Source: Candidatus Micrarchaeota archaeon (GTDB lineage: Archaea; B1Sed10-29; JAJRYS01). From it: a stretch of 28,659 bases of DNA. The translations under genes were made by a program, and so were the position numbers. Under the pieces are notes generated by a model. That model searched no databases, had not been told where the DNA came from, and saw nothing but the letters and a program-made list of their open reading frames with translations. The stretch covers positions 1-28,659 of the forward strand of contig CAZBZN010000008.1 of assembly GCA_964496415.1 (NCBI GenBank), written 5' to 3'. This document shows, piece by piece, positions 26,231-28,659 of this stretch. Numbering within the stretch: position 1 is the stretch's first letter; every line of letters starts with the position of its first letter.

Positions 26231-26515
26231 GTGTTAACTAGGATTTTTTTCAAAGAAAAGCCATTGAATGCCCTAGTATCTTTGGCTGAAAAAGACAAAG
26301 TTTGGTATGCTTCAATGCTTGCAAAAAAAATCGACTGCACTTACCCGCATATGCTTAAGATTCTTGATATCTTTGAAAAGAATGGGTTGGTTGTTACAGA
26401 AGGTCAAGGAAGAATAAGAATAGTAAGACTCACGCAAAAAGGTGAGGATTTAGCAGCAGACTTGCAGAATGCCTTAAGAAGAATAAGTAGAATTGAGGGA
26501 AGTGAAAATAAATGA
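26231..26515 (+). CDS. Winged-helix (MarR-like) DNA-binding protein
   Basis: YASMLAKKIDCTYPHMLKILDIFEKNGLV..GRIRIVRLTQKG; GTG start after SD AGGTGG. Confidence 0.85.
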   Translation: MLTRIFFKEKPLNALVSLAEKDKVWYASMLAKKIDCTYPHMLKILDIFEKNGLVVTEGQGRIRIVRLTQKGEDLAADLQNALRRISRIEGSENK

Positions 26516-27084
26516 AAGTAAGGGAAGTAACCCTTGATGATATTGAATCCTTGTTTCCTGTTTACAAAAAATGCAAAGGAAAAAGGCCTCTTAATGCTTA
26601 TCCTTTGGCTGATTGGATAATTAGAAAAAATGTGGTTTTCTTTTTAGCTCAGGATAAAAAAGGAAAAGTTGTTGGATTTACTGTAATAAGACCAAAAGGA
26701 GAACAGGCTACTATTGACATTTTCTGCTTTGATCCTAATTGTAAGGAAAAGGGCTTGAAAAAGAAACTTTTGGAGACTAGCTTAAACAAGCTTGAAGTGA
26801 ATTATGTTACTGTTCATGTTTCAAAGAAAAGCAAACTAGCTGATTTTTATAAGCAAGCAGGTTTTTCAGTAGTTGAGGAGATTCCTGCAAAAGGAGGAAA
26901 ACAACTGCTTCTTGCAAAAACTTTACATTCAGCTAAGAAGAAAAAAACCACAAAAATATTGCAAAAGAAAAAGGTGTTTAAAAAGAAAGCTCAAGAGCTT
27001 CTTCAAGAAAACCTTGAAAAGCTTGAAAAGTCTTACTCAGAAGGAGATGAGTTTGGGCCAGACTTACTTGACATTTATTATTAA
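26512..27084 (+). CDS. GNAT-fold acetyltransferase-like protein with charged C-terminal tail
   Basis: MKVREVTLDDI, GKVVGF, motif-A-like DPNCKEKGLKKKLL, FYKQAGF; ATGA overlap with the wHTH gene. Confidence 0.75.
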   Translation: MKVREVTLDDIESLFPVYKKCKGKRPLNAYPLADWIIRKNVVFFLAQDKKGKVVGFTVIRPKGEQATIDIFCFDPNCKEKGLKKKLLETSLNKLEVNYVTVHVSKKSKLADFYKQAGFSVVEEIPAKGGKQLLLAKTLHSAKKKKTTKILQKKKVFKKKAQELLQENLEKLEKSYSEGDEFGPDLLDIYY

Positions 27085-27432
27085 GGTGTTCTCGTCAAAT
27101 TCAAACTTGTTGTTTTTTACTATGTTTTTCCAGGCTTCTCCAAGTCTTCTGACAGCTGTTGAAAATTCTGTGTTTAAATAGTATTTCATTGCTCTTCTTT
27201 CAACAAGACCCAAAGCCCTTAATCTTTTGAAAACTTTTTGCATTGTTGACCTTGAAATATTTTTTTCTTTGCAGAGCACTGAAAGTTCATATCCGTCTAT
27301 CCCATTATTTTCACTTATTTTTTTTAAGAACCAAGCAGCAGCTACTCTGTACTTGTCTTGCTTAGGATAAAGTACTCTTAAGAATTGTTCTAAGTCCATT
27401 CCAGTGCTTATTTTTTCATGATGAAAGTCCAT
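27064..27432 (-). CDS. Winged-helix DNA-binding protein
   Basis: ISRSTMQKVFKRLRALGLVERRAMKYYL; SD AGGTG; TATA TTTATATA at 27523-27516. Confidence 0.75.
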   Translation of the reverse strand: MDFHHEKISTGMDLEQFLRVLYPKQDKYRVAAAWFLKKISENNGIDGYELSVLCKEKNISRSTMQKVFKRLRALGLVERRAMKYYLNTEFSTAVRRLGEAWKNIVKNNKFEFDENTLIINVK

Positions 27433-27622
27433 TTTGACACCTTTTACTTTTTAGTGCAATGGACTTGTTCAAATCTTATTCAAACAAGTGCTTTGTTATA
27501 CTAATTAGTGCAAGTATATAAATGTTCCGCTGGCATGCTTGATCACAAGGGTTAAAGTACGCAAAAAACTGGGTGAAAAGGCGTATCTGTTGTTTTTTAG
27601 CAAAGTTTTACTAATTAGTAAA

Positions 27623-28180
27623 TTAACTAAATTTTTTAAGTCTTTCAACATAAGTTAAAAGCATTAAGACTACTAATCCTGAGATGAAGACTAATAAAAA
27701 GCTTGGTAAAAGGATTCCTGAAATTGATGGATAGCCTATTGCTCTTGAAATTTCCTGTATGCTTGATGGCTTTGCGATTAATAGTTTTTGTGTTATTGGC
27801 TTTTCTTTTGGTTTTGAGAAATTCATGATTGCAGTAATTGTTTCTCCTTGCACAGCTTTTGGCTTTACTTCATATTTAGGAAGCATTAGCCCAATTGATG
27901 CAATTAAGAAGAGTATTATCACTGCAGTGTATACTGGTTTTAATTCCTCAACAGTGAGAGTTTTTACTTTTCTTGCTTTTATTTTTCTTTTTTTAAGTTT
28001 TCCTGTTTTCGTTTTTTCAATTTCAATCGCTATTGATCCAACGTATCCACAGTCACGGCAATAGTATTTTTCAGGAACGCCTAACCCAACTATTTCTCCT
28101 GAACGAACATCAAGAGACGCATATTCAATATTACTACTGCCGCATTTAGGGCATACTAAGATTTTTTCTTTTTTCTTCAT
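27623..28180 (-). CDS. Zn-ribbon membrane protein (two TM helices)
   Basis: CPKCGS..YYCRDCGY plus two hydrophobic helices. Confidence 0.75.
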   Translation of the reverse strand: MKKKEKILVCPKCGSSNIEYASLDVRSGEIVGLGVPEKYYCRDCGYVGSIAIEIEKTKTGKLKKRKIKARKVKTLTVEELKPVYTAVIILFLIASIGLMLPKYEVKPKAVQGETITAIMNFSKPKEKPITQKLLIAKPSSIQEISRAIGYPSISGILLPSFLLVFISGLVVLMLLTYVERLKKFS

Positions 28181-28533
28181 GGCTTTATCACTCTTAGTTT
28201 TGTTTCAGCTTCATATACTGCTTTTGTTTTATCATATCTTTCTTCATGCTCAAATACTTTTATCTTTATGAGGTATTCTCCTTCTTTTATATTGTATTTT
28301 GGGTACAGCATGATTGGTATTGCTTTTTCTGCTCCTGCTTTTATTGTTCCTATTCTTTTTACTTTTTCTCTTTCTAATCCAATTTTATCGAATCCAAGTG
28401 AAAAGGGAATTTTTAACAGCATTGATGCAAGAAGGTCTTTTTCAGAATTGTTTTTTAGGTACACAGTTAGTACTACTGGTTCTGGTTTTCCTTCAACAAT
28501 TCTTATTGGATAAAAGCTTGTTGATATTTTCAT
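28177..28533 (-). CDS. Hypothetical cytoplasmic Ig-like protein (alternative TTG start at 28572)
   Basis: Beta-sandwich pattern LTVYLKN..IGTIKAGAEK..EGEYLIKIKV; no signal peptide; ATGA overlap with the next gene. Confidence 0.7.
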   Translation of the reverse strand: MKISTSFYPIRIVEGKPEPVVLTVYLKNNSEKDLLASMLLKIPFSLGFDKIGLEREKVKRIGTIKAGAEKAIPIMLYPKYNIKEGEYLIKIKVFEHEERYDKTKAVYEAETKLRVIKP

Positions 28534-28659
28534 GTTTTTTATTTCTCTTAGCGCCTTTTTAATTGTTTTCAAGCCTTTTCCAAGCTGAAACCATAAGGCT
28601 TTTATTAACTTTATTTAATATTTTTTTATCAATTGTTTTTTATAAGTTAACAACTTAAT

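Noticed and set aside
27462..27489. Resemblance of this hairpin to the tRNA intron (GACTTGTT..CAAAT..TTCAA..CAAG)
   Set aside because: Only 8 contiguous identical bases; the rest follows from both being AT-rich hairpins and needs gaps.
425..28562. Overlapping antisense or alternate-frame ORFs (e.g. 425, 1598, 4366, 8107, 8438, 9024, 13211, 15420, 16135, 17366, 18389, 21104, 24194, 24598, 26119, 26873, 27759, 28268)
   Set aside because: They lie within better-supported genes and have shadow-frame composition with no motifs.

Overview
AT-rich, densely packed archaeal chromosomal segment with DPANN-like gene content; the lineage is inferred, not proven. Left to right it contains: the 5' end of a truncated tRNA (minus strand), a fused long-form GMP synthase, trm56 and tfe. 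Next comes an ~11 kb type IV pilus locus (major pilin, two TadC-like platform proteins, a VirB11/CpaF ATPase, a wHTH-coiled-coil tail-anchored protein, five minor pilins and a secreted adhesin candidate) bracketed by two KaiC/RAD55-like ATPases. It is followed by a MacB-type ABC transporter with a COG1361-like protein, two large surface proteins, an initiator tRNA-Met, ogt and a PRC-barrel protein. The right end holds an ExeA-like AAA+/wHTH ATPase next to a ~700 bp non-coding region with helically phased repeat arrays, then wHTH, GNAT and Zn-ribbon genes. Two things stand out. (1) The initiator tRNA carries a 32-nt intron inside the acceptor stem (position 4/5), whose bulge-helix-bulge is built with the 5' leader, and that leader carries a second exact copy of the acceptor 5' strand that could act as a surrogate stem. 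(2) The AAA+/wHTH gene plus phased TACYCG and TCTCAC arrays and an AT-rich tract look like a non-canonical replication origin or segregation locus.
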